Below are positions 1 to 12,715 of a DNA stretch of 64,000 nt, piece after piece. The DNA comes from Macrostomum lignano. Taxonomy: Eukaryota. The first letter of the stretch is position 1. The number at the start of each line of letters is the position of its first letter. A model generated the notes under the pieces. The model was not told the DNA's origin. It made no database searches and saw only the letters and a program-made list of their open reading frames with translations. Where the stretch lies: the NCBI GenBank assembly GCA_002269645.1, contig NIVC01001115.1, positions 125,403-189,402 of the forward strand, given 5' to 3'. A program made the translations under genes and the position numbers.

Positions 1-659
1 CAATCGGGTTGGGCCAGCACCAACCCACCCCAGAAAGTTTTGCTATATATATATACTGTAGATTCTTACTCGACGCCAACTTAAGATATCCAAACAAATT
101 AATCAGAAATCAAACTTAATCATGAAAATAACAATCGTAGAAAAGTCAAACAGCCGGCAGCGCCGCCCACGCCATCCCCGAACACGTAAGTATTGCATAC
201 ATTGCTGGTTACTACTTTATCATTTAATCACCCCCCCCCCTAGACCTTGCTTTCTCTCTTCTTGACTCTGAGAAGCAAACAAACCAATCAATCGCCAACC
301 AATCAAGAATATAAATAGCATTCTTGAGAACCAAAATCTCATTTTTATACAGGGTTTCTTGCTATCATTCAGTCTGTGAATTTTAATACATTCTCGGTTA
401 CTACCCAATACTACATTATCATTTAAACCCTGAATTTGCTTTCTTTCATCTTATTCTGAGAAGCAAACAAAAAGCGAATGCACATTATTCTTATATACGA
501 ACCAAAATCTCATTTAATTCCGGCCCCGGGCTTACGTAGTAATCAAACATGCTGTTTATTTTAAAATTAACAATTTAACCATCCTTACTTCCTTTCATAG
601 CTGCGGCCTGTTACTTCTGCGGAGACACAAACCACAAGGTAGCCAAATGCGACGCTCTC

Positions 660-670
660 CACACCCAAAT

Positions 671-715
<45 letters not shown>

Positions 716-805
716 GCAACAGCAGGAGCAGGAGCAGCAGCAACAGCAGCAGAAGCAGCAACAGCAGCAGAAGCAGAAGAAATAAGCAGCAGCAGCAGCA
801 GCAGA
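660..805. repeat. Imperfect (CAG/CAA/GCA)n trinucleotide tract
   Basis: Direct reading (gcaacagcagcagca...). It explains the poly-L and poly-A/T ORFs at 585-959 and 647-862. Confidence 0.9.
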
Positions 806-899
806 ATAACTTATAACTTATGCAACTTATGCAAATATATTTTGAAATTTGAAATTTGCTGAACAGAGTGTGCTTTCTGACCTTTCTCCTTTGAATTAG

Positions 900-1344
900 T
901 GTAGAGCAGACATAATCAATTTCTCTATTATTATTAAAGTTAACAATATGGTTACGCAATATAAATTGAGTACTGTGCTATGCTTTCACACTCAACGCTG
1001 TGACGCAATTCAATTGAGTGTCTTGTGTATTGTGATGCAATCTATTTTAGAATCAGAATTCAACCAGTCAGTTTTTCTGCTAGCATTCTTACAATGCATT
1101 TCGATGCTTGACCTTTGCAAAAAAGCATGTTTTTCGAATATTTAATCCCTTTAGCATCGAGCAATTTCTTAGCCACGATGCATGTACCGTCACGGAAAAA
1201 TTTCTGATCGATTGGTGCAAGTTCGAAGAAAATCGGTTGAGCCGTTTTTGCTAAAATCGATCACACACACACACACACATACCGACAGACCACTGTAGCC
1301 CAGTGTAGTGTAGCACAGCCATTGGCGGAAACTAATAGAACAAA
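900..1344 (-). mobile_element. Helitron-like non-autonomous element A0 (5' core; 3' extent not resolved)
   Basis: Reverse complement of the conserved core shared with the elements at 7625, 12942, 18583 and 26277 (ccgattttcttcgaacttgcac...gtgacggtacatgcatcgtggctaagaaattgctc...cgaaaaacatgcttttttgcaaaggtcaagc). (GT)n microsatellite at 1261-1279 and small hairpin cactg-tagcc-cagtg at 1291-1305. Confidence 0.7.
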
Positions 1345-1599
1345 AGCAATCTAGTGCGGCCCCCCTTCGGGGCGCCCAATAATAACGAAGCAAAAATAGT
1401 TTATGGAAATCAATTAAAAAGCACATTTTCTTAAAAACGAAGTCCTTCATCACTTTTAAAAATCACCTTATTCATTTAAAATTGTCACGGACAATGATAT
1501 TTGCTATGAATCTCTTTTTTTCTAAAATTAACAAACAGACAAGAAAATATAGCTTTCACAAAGATCACAGTCATTACCCCTAAATAGAAAATATTCCCA

Positions 1600-2000
1600 A
1601 GACAGCAAGCATCCCCCCAGTAGCAAGCACCCGCCTCCAAAAGTAAACAACCGCAGATAGCAAGCATCCACCCAGATAGCAAGCATCTGCAGATAGCAAG
1701 CATCTTGCAGATAGCAAGCATCTTGCAGATAGCAAGCATCCCCCAAATAGAAGCATCCCCCGGATAAAAGCATCCACCCAGATAGCAAGCATCCCCCAAA
1801 TAATGTAGAAGCTTCCTTCCAGATAGCAAGCATCCCCAAAATAATGTAGAAGCATCCTTCCAGATAGCAAGCATCCCCAAAATAATGTAGAAGCATCCTT
1901 CCAGATAGCAAGCATCCCCCAAATAATGTAGAAGCATCCTTCCAGATAGCAAGCATCCTGCACATAGCAAGAATCCCTAAATAGCAAGCATCCCTGGATA
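1600..2000 (-). repeat. 18-19 bp satellite (GATGCTTGCTATCTGGG) inside element A1
   Basis: Tandem agatagcaagcatcc units on the plus strand; source of the spurious GCLLS/DACYL ORFs. Confidence 0.9.
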
Positions 2001-2030
2001 GAAATAATCCTATACATGTAGCCAAGCGTA

Positions 2031-5000
2031 TCAAGCGCAGTAATCCTTGGCTATGGAGTGAAGTAATCCTTGGTTTATTAAGACCAATAATCTTTGACTT
2101 ATCGAGTGCAGTAATCCTTGGTTTATTAATAGTAATAATCCTTGGCTTCTCGAGTGCAGTAATCCTTGGTTTTCCAAGTGCAGTAATCCTTGGTTTATTA
2201 AGAGCAATAATCCTTGGCTTATCGAGTGCATTAATCCTTGGTTTATTAATAGCAATAATCCTTGGCTTCTCGAGTGCAGTAATCCTTGGTTTGCCAAGAG
2301 CAATAGTCCTTGGTTTATCGAGTGCAGTAATCCTTAGTTTATTAATAGCAATAATCCTTGATTAATCAAGTGCAATAATCCTTGGCTTATCGAGTGCAGT
2401 AATCCTTAGTTTATTAAGAGCAATAATCCTTGGCTTATCGAGTGCAGTAATCCTTGGTTTATTAATAGCAGAAATCCTTGGCTTCTTGAGTGCAGTAATC
2501 CTTGGTTTTCCAAGTGCAGTAATCCTTGGTTTATTAATAGCAGTAATCCTTGATTAATCAAATGCAGCAATCCTTGGTTTGCCAAGAGCAATAGTCCTTG
2601 GTTTATCGAGAGCAGTAATCCTTGGTTTATTAAGAGCAATAATCCTTGGCTTCTCGAGTGCAGTAATCCTTGGTTTTCCAAGTGCAGTAATCCTTGGTTT
2701 ATTAAGAGCAATAATCCTTGGCTTATCGAGTGCAGTAATCCTTGGTTTGCCAAGAGCAATAGTCCTTGGTTTATCGAGTGAGGTAATCCTTAGTTTATTA
2801 ATAGCAATAATCCTTGATTAATCAAGTGCAATAATCCTTGGCTTCTCGAGTGCAGTAATCCTTGGTTTTCCAAGTGCAGTAATCCTTGGTTTATTAAGAG
2901 CAATAATCCTTGGCTTATCGAGTGCAGTAATCCTTGGTTTGCCAAGAGCAATAGTCCTTGGTTTATCGAGTGCAGTAATCCTTAGTTTATTAATAGCAAT
3001 AATCCTTGATTAATCAAGTGCAATAATCCTTGGCTTATCAAGTGCAGTAATCCTTGGTTTATTAATAGCAATAATTCTTGGCTTATCGAGTGCAGTAATC
3101 CTAGGTTTATTAATAGCAGTAATCCTTGATTAATCAAATGCAGTAATCCTTGGTTTGCCAAGAGCAATAGTCCTTGGTTTATCGAGTGCAGTAATCCTTG
3201 GTTTATTAATAGCAATAATCCTTGGCTCATCGAGTGCAGTAATCCTAGGTTTATTAATAGCAGTAATCCTTGATTTATCAAATGCAGTAATCCTTGGTTT
3301 GCCAAGAGCAATAGTCCTTGGTTTATCGAGAGCAGTAATCCTTACTTTATTAATAGCAATAATCCTTGGCTTATCGAGTGCAGTAATCCTTGGTTTATTA
3401 ATAGCAATAATCCTTGGCTTATCGAGTGCAGTAATCCTTGGTTTATTAAGAGCAATAATCCTTGGCTTATCGAGTGCAGTAATCCTTAGTTTATTAATAG
3501 CAATAATCCTTGATTAATCAAGTGCAGTAATCCTTAGTTTATTAATAGCAATAATCCTTGATTAATCAAGTGCAGTAATCCTTGGTTTATTAATAGCAAT
3601 AATCCTTGGCTTATCGAGTGCAGTAATCCTAGGTTTATTAATAGCAGTAATCCTTGATTAATCAACTGCAGTAATCCTTGGTTTGCCAAGAGCAATAGTC
3701 CTTGGTTTATCGAGAGCAGTAATCCTTACTTTATTAATAGCAATAATCCTTGGCTTCTCGAGTGCAGTAATCCTTGGTTTGCCAAGAGCAATAGTCCTTG
3801 GTTTATCGAGTGCAGTAATCCTTAGTTTATTAATAGCAATAATCCTTGATTAATCAAGTGCAATAATCCTTGGCTTATCGAGTGCAGTAATCCTTAGTTT
3901 ATTAAAAGCAATAATCCTTGGCTTATCGAGTGCAGTAATCCTTGGTTTATTAATAGCAGAAATCCTTGGCTTCTCGAGTGCAGTAATCCTTGGTTTTCCA
4001 AGTGCAGTAATCCTTGGTTTATTAATAGCAGTAATCCTTGATTAATCAAATGCAGCAATCCTTGGTTTGCCAAGAGCAATAGTCCTTGGTTTATCGAGAG
4101 CAGTAATCCTTGGTTTATTAAGAGCAATAATCCTTGGCTTCTCGAGTGCAGTAATCCTTGGTTTTCCAAGTGCAGTAATCCTTGGTTTATTAAGAGCAAT
4201 AATCCTTGGCTTATCGAGTGCAGTAATCCTTGGTTTGCCAAGAGCAATAGTCCTTGGTTTATCGAGTGCAGTAATCCTTAGTTTATTAATAGCAATAATC
4301 CTTGATTAATCAAGTGCAATAATCCTTGGCTTCTCGAGTGCAGTAATCCTTGGTTTTCCAAGTGCAGTAATCCTTGGTTTATTAAGAGCAATAATCCTTG
4401 GCTTATCGAGTGCAGTAATCCTTGGTTTGCCAAGAGCAATAGTCCTTGGTTTATCGAGTGCAGTAATCCTTAGTTTATTAATAGCAATAATCCTTGATTA
4501 ATCAAGTGCAATAATCCTTGGCTTATCAAGTGCAGTAATCCTTGGTTAATTAATAGCAATAATTCTTGGCTTATCGAGTGCAGTAATCCTAGGTTTATTA
4601 ATAGCAGTAATCCTTGATTAATCAAATGCAGTAATCCTTGGTTTGCCAAGAGCAATAGTCCTTGGTTTATCGAGTGCAGTAATCCTCGGTTTATTAATAG
4701 CAATAATCCTTGGCTCATCGAGTGCAGTAATCCTAGGTTTATTAATAGCAGTAATCCTTGATTTATCAAATGCAGTAATCCTTGGTTTGCCAAGAGCAAT
4801 AGTCCTTGGTTTATCGAGAGCAGTAATCCTTACTTTATTAATAGCAATAATCCTTGGCTTATCGAGTGCAGTAATCCTTGGTTTATTAATAGCAATAATC
4901 CTTGGCTTATCGAGTGCAGTAATCCTTGGTTTATTAAGAGCAATAATCCTTGGCTTATCGAGTGCAGTAATCCTTAGTTTATTAATAGCAATAATCCTTG

Positions 5001-5702
5001 ATTAATCAAGTGCAGTAATCCTTAGTTTATTAATAGCAATAATCCTTGATTAATCAAGTGCAGTAATCCTTGGTTTATTAATAGCAATAATCCTTGGCTT
5101 ATCGAGTGCAGTAATCCTAGGTTTATTAATAGCAGTAATCCTTGATTAATCAACTGCAGTAATCCTTGGTTTGCCAAGAGCAATAGTCCTTGGTTTATCG
5201 AGAGCAGTAATCCTTACTTTATTAATAGCAATAATCCTTGGCTTATCGAGTGCAGTAATCCTTGGTTTATTAATAGCAATAATCCTTGGCTTATCGAGTG
5301 CAGTAATCCTTGGTTTATTAAGAGCAATAATCCTTGGCTTATCGAGTGCAGTAATCCTTAGTTTATTAATAGCAATAATCCTTGATTAATCAAGTGCAGT
5401 AATCCTTAGTTTATTAATAGCAATAATCCTTGATTAATCAAGTGCAGTAATCCTTGGTTTATTAATAGCAATAATCCTTGGCTTATCGAGTGCAGTAATC
5501 CTTGGTTTATTAAGAGCAATAATCCTTGGCTTATCGAGTGCAGTAATCCTTAGTTTATTAATAGCAATAATCCTTGATTAATCAAGTGCAGTAATCCTTA
5601 GTTTATTAATAGCAATAATCCTTGATTAATCAAGTGCAGTAATCCTTGGTTTATTAATAGCAATAATCCTTGGCTTATCGAGTGCAGTAATGCAGTAATC
5701 CT
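2031..5702. repeat. 24-bp satellite (GTGCAGTAATCCTTGGTTTATCAA family) with a 1488-bp higher-order duplication
   Basis: Direct reading. Identical or near-identical ORF translations recur at an offset of 1488 (2406/3894, 2579/4067, 2982/4470, 3155/4643). Confidence 0.95.
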
Positions 5703-5792
5703 TAAGTAGTACACTAAGTAATCTTTAATTATTAAAGAACTAAATATTTAATAAAAGCTTTTAATAAAAATTTTTACACTACTACTTTTAAA

Positions 5793-5858
5793 CTACTTAG
5801 ATTCGAACCTAGGTCGCTGCATTAGCAGTCTGGTCTGTTCAGCTCTAGGCTAGCTCTC
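5793..5858 (-). other. tRNA-derived cassette (A box, GCT anticodon-like loop, B box) in element A1
   Basis: rc reads gagagctagcctagagctgaacagaccagactgctaatgcagcgacctaggttcgaatctaag. Confidence 0.55.
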
Positions 5859-6343
5859 ATCGAAGTTATCAGTGATGTTGTACCACTTATATAATTCAAC
5901 ACTCACACCAAGTCAGGTAGAGTAAAAAGTCTCACGAAGCAGTTATGACATAATCAATTTCTTAGGCAAGTCAGTACCAGTGTCTATGAAAGTTTACAAT
6001 ATGGTTACGTAATATAAATTCAGTACTGCGCTATGCTTTCACACTCAAAGCTGTGACGCAATTCAATTGAGTGTCAAATTCAGCCAGTACACAGACGATA
6101 AATAAAGTGTATTGTGATGCAATCTATTTCAGAATCAGAATTCAACCAGTCAGTTTTTCTGCTAGCATTCTTACAATGCATTTCGATGCTTGACCTTTGC
6201 AAAAAAGCATGTTTTCCGAATATTTAATCCCTTTAGCATCGAGCAATTTCTTAGCCACGATGCATGTACCGTCACGGAATAATTTCTGATCGAACAGTGC
6301 AGGTTCGAAGAAAATCGGTTCAGCCGTTTTTGCTAAAATCGAT

Positions 6344-6374
<31 letters not shown>

Positions 6375-6375
6375 G

Positions 6376-7411
6376 CAATAATCCTTGGCTTATCGAGTGC
6401 AGTAATCCTTGGTTTGCCAAGAGCAATAGTCCTTGGTTTATCGAGTGCAGTAATTCTTAGTTTATTAATAGCAATAATCCTTGATTAATCAAGTGCAATA
6501 ATCCTTGGCTTCTCGAGTGCAGTAATCCTTGGTTTTCCAAGTGCAGTAATCCTTGGTTTATTAAGAGCAATATTCCTTGGCTTATCGAGTGCAGTAATCC
6601 TTGGTTTGCCAAGAGCAATAGTCCTTGGTTTATCGAGTGCAGTAATCATTAGTTTATTAATAGCAATAATCCTTGATTAATCAAGTGCAATAGTCCTTGG
6701 TTTATCGAGAGCAGTAATCCTTACTTTATTAATAGCAATAATCCTTGGCTTATCGAGTGCAGTAATCCTTGGTTTATTAATAGCAATAATCCTTGGCTTA
6801 TCGAGTGCAGTAATCCTAGGTTTATTAATAGCAGTAATCCTTGATTAATCAAATGCAGTAATCCTTGGTTTGCCAAGAGCAATAGTCCTTGGTTTATCGA
6901 GAGCAGTAATCCTTACTTTATTAATAGCAATAATCCTTGGCTTATCGAGTGCAGTAATCCTTGGTTTATTAATAGCAATTATCCTTGGCTTATCGAGTGC
7001 AGTAATCCTTGGTTTATTAAGAGCAATAATCCTTGGCTTATCGAGTGCAGTAATCCTTAGTTTATTAATAGCAATAATCCTTGATTAATCAAGTGCAGTA
7101 ATCCTTAGTTTATTAATAGCAATAATCCTTGATTAATCAAGTGCAGTAATCCTTGGTTTATTAATAGCAATAATCCTTGGCTTATCGAGTGCAGTAATCC
7201 TTGGTTTATTAAGAGCAATAATCCTTGGCTTATCGAGTGCAGTAATCCTTAGTTTATTAATAGCAATAATCCTTGATTAATCAAGTGCAGTAATCCTTAG
7301 TTTATTAATAGCAATAATCCTTGATTAATCAAGTGCAGTAATCCTTGGTTTATTAATAGCAATAATCCTTGGCTTATCGAGTGCAGTAATGCAGTAATCC
7401 TTAAGTAGTAC

Positions 7412-7412
<1 letters not shown>
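6376..7412. repeat. Duplicated ~1 kb block of the 24-bp satellite, including its edge (tgcagtaatgcagtaatccttaagtagtaca)
   Basis: End sequence 7381-7412 matches the end of the A1 array at about 5682-5712. Confidence 0.85.
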
Positions 7413-7496
<84 letters not shown>

Positions 7497-7514
7497 CCTA
7501 TCTATCAATCTGTA

Positions 7515-7610
<96 letters not shown>

Positions 7611-7620
7611 AATCAATCTG
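7413..7620. repeat. (TCTA)n microsatellite
   Basis: Direct reading. Confidence 0.95.
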
Positions 7621-8204
7621 TATATCCTATATACTAAAAATGTGATGTCTATATATATATATATATATATGTGATAGATTAGAGAAAAAATGGCTGGACC
7701 GATTTTGTTCGAACTTGCACTGTTCGATCAGAAATTTTCCCGTGACGGTACATGCATCGTGGCTAAGAAATTGCTCAATGCTAGAGGCATTAAATATTCG
7801 AAAAACATGCTTTTTTGCAAAGGTCAAGCAAACTTTTCGACTTGAAATGCATTGTAAGAATGCTATAGAGAAAAAACTGACTGGTTGAATTCTGACTCTG
7901 AAATAGATTGCATCATAACTGAATTGTAACTCTGACTTGAATTGAAAATGCAGTGTGGAAGCCTAGCACCAGACTTGATTTAAATTGCGTAACCATATTG
8001 TTAACTGATACTGACTGACTGAGAAACTGATTATGTCATAACTGCTTCGTGTGATTAACTCTATGCTTGGATTTTAAACTGTTGAATTATATATATATGT
8101 GCAAAATTTGATAAATGCAGCGACGATGGTTCGAATTTTCATAGAATATAATTTTTTCAATTAAAGCTTTTCAACGTCAGGAAAACTAAAAGACTTTTTA
8201 AAAA

Positions 8205-11200
8205 GAAGCGTCATGTAAAAATCATAGAAGCGTCATATAAAAATCATAGATGCGTCATTTAAAAAATCATAGAAGCATCGTATAAAAATCATAGAAGCGT
8301 CATGTAAACAATCATAGAAGCGTCATGTAAACAATCATAGAAGCGCCATGTAAAAATCATAGAAGCGTCATGTAAACAATCATAGAAGCGTCATGTAAAC
8401 AATCATAGAAGCGTCATGTAAACAATCATAGAAGCGCCATGTAAAAATCATAAAAGCGACATGTAAAAATCATAGAAGCGTCATGTAAAATCATAGAAGC
8501 GTCATGTAAACAATCATAGAAGCGTCATGAAACAATCATGGAAGCGTCATGAAACAATCATAGAAGCGTCATGTAAACAATCATAGAAGCGTCATATAAA
8601 CAATCATAGAAGCGTCATGTAAAAATCATAGAAGCGTCATGTAAACAATCATAGAAGCGTCATGTAAACAATCATAGAAGCGCCATGTAAAAATCATAAA
8701 AGCGACATGTAAAAATCATAGAAGCGTCATGAAACAATCATAGAAGCGTCATGTAAACAATCATAGAAGCGTCATGTAAACAATCATAGAAGCGTCATAT
8801 AAACAATCATAGAAGCGTCATGTAAAAATCATAGAAGCGTCATGTAAACAATCATAGAAGCGTCATGAAACAATCATAGAAGCGTCATGTAAAAATCATA
8901 GAAGCGTCATGTAAACAATCATAGAAGCGTCATGTAAACAATCATAGAAGCGCCATGTAAAAATCATAAAAGCGACATGTAAAAATCATAGAAGCGTCAT
9001 GTAAAATCATAGAATCGTCCTGCCAAAATCGTAGAAGCGTCATGTAAAAAATCCTTGAAGCGTCATGTAAACAATCATAGAAGCGTCATGAAACAATCAT
9101 AGAAGCGTCATGTAAACAATCATAGAAGCGTCATGTAAACAATCCTAGAAGCGTCATGTAAACAATCCTAGAAGCGTCATGTAAACAATCATAGAAGCGT
9201 CATGTAAACAATCCTAGAAGCGTCATGTAAACAATCATAGAAGCGTCATGTAAACAATCATAGAAGCGCCAAGTAAAAATCATAAAAGCGTCATGTAAAC
9301 AATCATTCAAGCGTCATTTAAACAATCATAGAAGCGTCATGTAAACAATCATTCAAGCGTTATTTAAACAATCATAGAAGCGTCATGTAAACAAGCATAG
9401 AAGAATGTAAACAATCATAGAAGCGTCACGTAAACAATCATTCAAGCGTCATTTAAACAATCATAGAAGCGTCATGTAAACAAGCATAGAAGCGTCATGT
9501 AAAAATCATAGAAGCGTCATGTAAACAATCATAGAAGCGTCATGTCAAAATCATAGAAGCGTCATGTAAACAATCATAGAAGCGTCATGAAACAATCATA
9601 GAAGCGTCATGTAAACAATCATAGAAGCGCCATGTAAACAATCATAGAAGCGTCATGTAAAAATCATAGAAGCGTCATGTAAACAATCATAGAAGCGTCA
9701 TGAAACAATCATAGAAACGTCATGTAAAAATCATAGAAGCGTCATGTAAACAATCATAGAAGCGTCATGTAAACAATCATAGAAGCGTCATGTAAACAAT
9801 CATAGAAGCGTCATGTAAACAATCATAGAAGCGCCATGTAAAAATCATAAAAGCGTCATGTAAAATCATAGAAGCGTCATGTAAACAAGCATAGAAGAAT
9901 GTAAACAATCATAGAAGCGTCATGTAAAAATCATAGAAGCGTCATGAAACAATCATAGAAGCGTCATGTAAAAAATCATAAAAGCGTCATGTAAAAATCG
10001 TAGAAGCGTCATGTAAAAATCATAGAAGCGTCATGTAAAATCATAGAAGCGTCATGTAAAAATCATAGAAGCGTCATGTAAAATCGTAGAATCGTCCTGC
10101 CAAAATCGTAGAAGCGTCATGTAAAAAATCATAGAAGCGTCATGTAAAAATCATAGAAGCGTCATGTAAAATCATAGAATCATCCTGCCAAAATCGTAGA
10201 AGCGTCATGTAAAAAATCCTTGAAGCGTCATGTAAACAATCATAGAAGCGTCATGAAACAATCATAGAAGCGTCATGTAAACAATCATAGAAGCGTCATG
10301 TAAACAATCCTAGAAGCGTTATGTAAACAATCCTAGAAGCGTCATGTAAACAATCATAGAAGCGTCATGTAAACAATCATAGAAGCGCCATGTAAAAATC
10401 ATAAAAGCGTCATGTAAAATCATAGAAGCGTCATGTAAACAAGCATAGAAGAATGTAAACAATCATAGAAGCGTCATGTAAAAATCATAGAAGCGTCATG
10501 AAACAATCATAGAAGCGTCATGTAAAAAATCATAAAAGCGTCATGTAAAAATCGTAGAAGCGTCATGTAAAAATCATAGAAGCGTCATGTAAAATCATAG
10601 AAGCGTCATGTAAAAATCATAGAAGCGTCATGTAAAATCGTAGAATCGTCCTGCCAAAATCGTAGAAGCGTCATGTAAAAAATCATAGAAGCGTCATGTA
10701 AAAATCATAGAAGCGTCATGTAAAATCATAGAATCATCCTGCCAAAATCGTAGAAGCGTCATGTAAAAAATCCTTGAAGCGTCATGTAAACAATCATAGA
10801 AGCGTCATGAAACAATCATAGAAGCGTCATGTAAACAATCATAGAAGCGTCATGTAAACAATCCTAGAAGCGTTATGTAAACAATCCTAGAAGCGTCATG
10901 TAAACAATCATAGAAGCGTCATGTAAACAATCCTAGAAGCGTCATGTAAACAATCATAGAAGCGTCATGTAAACAATCATAGAAGCGCCATGTAAAAATC
11001 ATAGAAGCATCATGTAAATAATCATAGAAGCGTCATATAAAAATCATAGAAGCGTTATGTAAAAATGATAGAAGCGTCATATAAAAAATCATAGAAGGGT
11101 CATGTAAACAATCATAGAAGCGTCATATAAAAATCATAGAAGCGTCATGTAAACAATCATAGAAGCGTCATGAAACAATCATAGAAGCGTCATGTAAACA

Positions 11201-11770
11201 ATCATAGAAGCGCCATGTAAAAAATCATAGAAGCGTCATGTAAACAATCATAGAAGCGTCATGTAAAAATCATAGAAGCGTCATATAAAATCATAGATGC
11301 GTCATATAAAAATCATAGATGCGTCATGTAAACAATCATAGAAGCGTCATGTAAACAATCATAGAAGCGTCATGTAAACAATCATAGAAGCGTCATGTAA
11401 ACAATCATAGAAGCGTCATGTAAAAAATCATAGAAGCGTCATGTAAAAATCATAGAAGCGTCATGTAAAAAATCATAGAAGCGTCATGTAAACAATCATA
11501 GAAGCGTCATGTAAAAAATCGTAGAAGCGTCATTTAAAAATCATAAAAAGCGTTATTTAAAAAAATCATAGAAGCGTCATGTAAACAATCATAGAAGCGT
11601 CATGTAAAAAATCATAGAAGCGTCATGTAAAAATTATAGAAGCGTCAAGAAAAAATCATAGAAGCGTCATGTAAAAAAAGTCATAGAAGCGTCATGTTAA
11701 AATCATAGAAGCGTCATGAAAAAATCATAGAAGCCTCATTTAAAAACTAATGAAAGTGTCATTTAAAAAA
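8205..11770. repeat. 22-23 bp satellite AATCATAGAAGCGTCATGTAAA(C/A)
   Basis: Direct reading. Variant blocks are duplicated with a period of about 554 bp (9887/10441, 10091/10645). Confidence 0.95.
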
Positions 11771-12653
11771 TTAAGAAGCATCATGGTACAATAAAAGAAG
11801 CGTCATGTCAGACATGAAGGGTGTCATGTAAAAATAAATGCAGCTATAATGCTGTGCTGGGGAGAAAAACTGAGACGTTAAGGCTCTCAGAGAATAACTG
11901 AGATTACGGGGGGGGGGTTGCTGAGATGTCAAAGCAAAAGTCAGAAGCTACTTCAAAGTTCATGTACTTTACTCAATTTTTTTATTACATTCTTTGTTGG
12001 CTCGCCACGGGGGGGTCGCTGATAGAAGAAGAGTCATGTAAAAAATAAAAGTAGCACTATGTATACATAAAAGAAAAGTCATGTCGAAGTTAAAAGATTC
12101 ATTTGGGAATTGCTATGATGTCAAAGCTTGGAGGGAATCGTTACAGTGCTGTGATTCTTAAAGAAGGAATCACTAAAATGTCAAGGCTTAGGGGAGAAGA
12201 ATTGCTGAGATTCAAGGCTTTAGGTTGGGTTAAAGTTAGGTTTAGGTCAGGTGTGGGTTGAGGGTTATATTTTATCGGGTTTCAGGGTTAACGGGGATTT
12301 TTCAGATTTCAAGGTTTATGGAGGCCATCGCTGACATGTCAAGGCTTACGGGGGGAATAGCTGAGATGTCAAGGCTCACGGGGGTATAAATGAGATTTCA
12401 AAGCTAAAGTCAGAAGCTACATGTAAACAATCATGTAAAGTTTATTGAAAACTTTTTATTACATTATTTGATGCCTCCTCAGGGGAGGGATCGCTGATAA
12501 AAAAAGCGTAATGTAAAAAATAAAAGAAGCTTCATGTCGAAGTTAAGAGATTCATTTGGGAATCCCTACGATGTCGAGGCTTGCAGGAAATCGCTATAAT
12601 GCTGTAGCAGTGCTATAATGACTCTTAGAGAGAATTACTGAAATGTCAATGCT

Positions 12654-12715
12654 TTAGGGTTAGGTTAGGGTTAGGGTTAGGGTTAGGGTTAGGGTTAGGC
12701 TAGGGTTAGGGTTAG
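12654..12715 (+). repeat. Interstitial telomere-like (TTAGGG)n tract in element B
   Basis: About 10 near-perfect TTAGGG units. Confidence 0.9.

Larger units (their letters stand above)
1345..6372 (-). mobile_element. Helitron-like non-autonomous element A1 (inverted paralog of element D) carrying 24-bp and 18-19-bp satellites
   Basis: Core at about 5900-6372 on the minus strand. 3' hairpin and CTAG (rc of gcgccccgaaggggggccgcactagattgct) at 1345-1378, matching 29370-29402. Same module order as D. Confidence 0.75.

Noticed and set aside
122-190. Possible exon ending in GTAAGT near the window start
   Set aside because: No recognisable protein and no partner exon; may be chance or captured sequence.
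948-1453. Recurrent 60-120 aa ORFs over the element cores (KKHVFRIFN..., also 7627, 13020, 18579, 26220)
   Set aside because: Start, stop and frame differ among copies and no RepHel motifs are present, so this is non-coding core sequence.
1485-7088. Long ORFs with LINQGLLH, AVILGL or GCLLS repeats (also 26946-29219)
   Set aside because: They are translations of 24-bp and 18-19-bp satellites, occur on both strands and in several frames, and have no unique coding flanks.
12654-12715. True chromosome end or telomere fusion
   Set aside because: The tracts are short, co-oriented and embedded at the same position in two paralogous elements.
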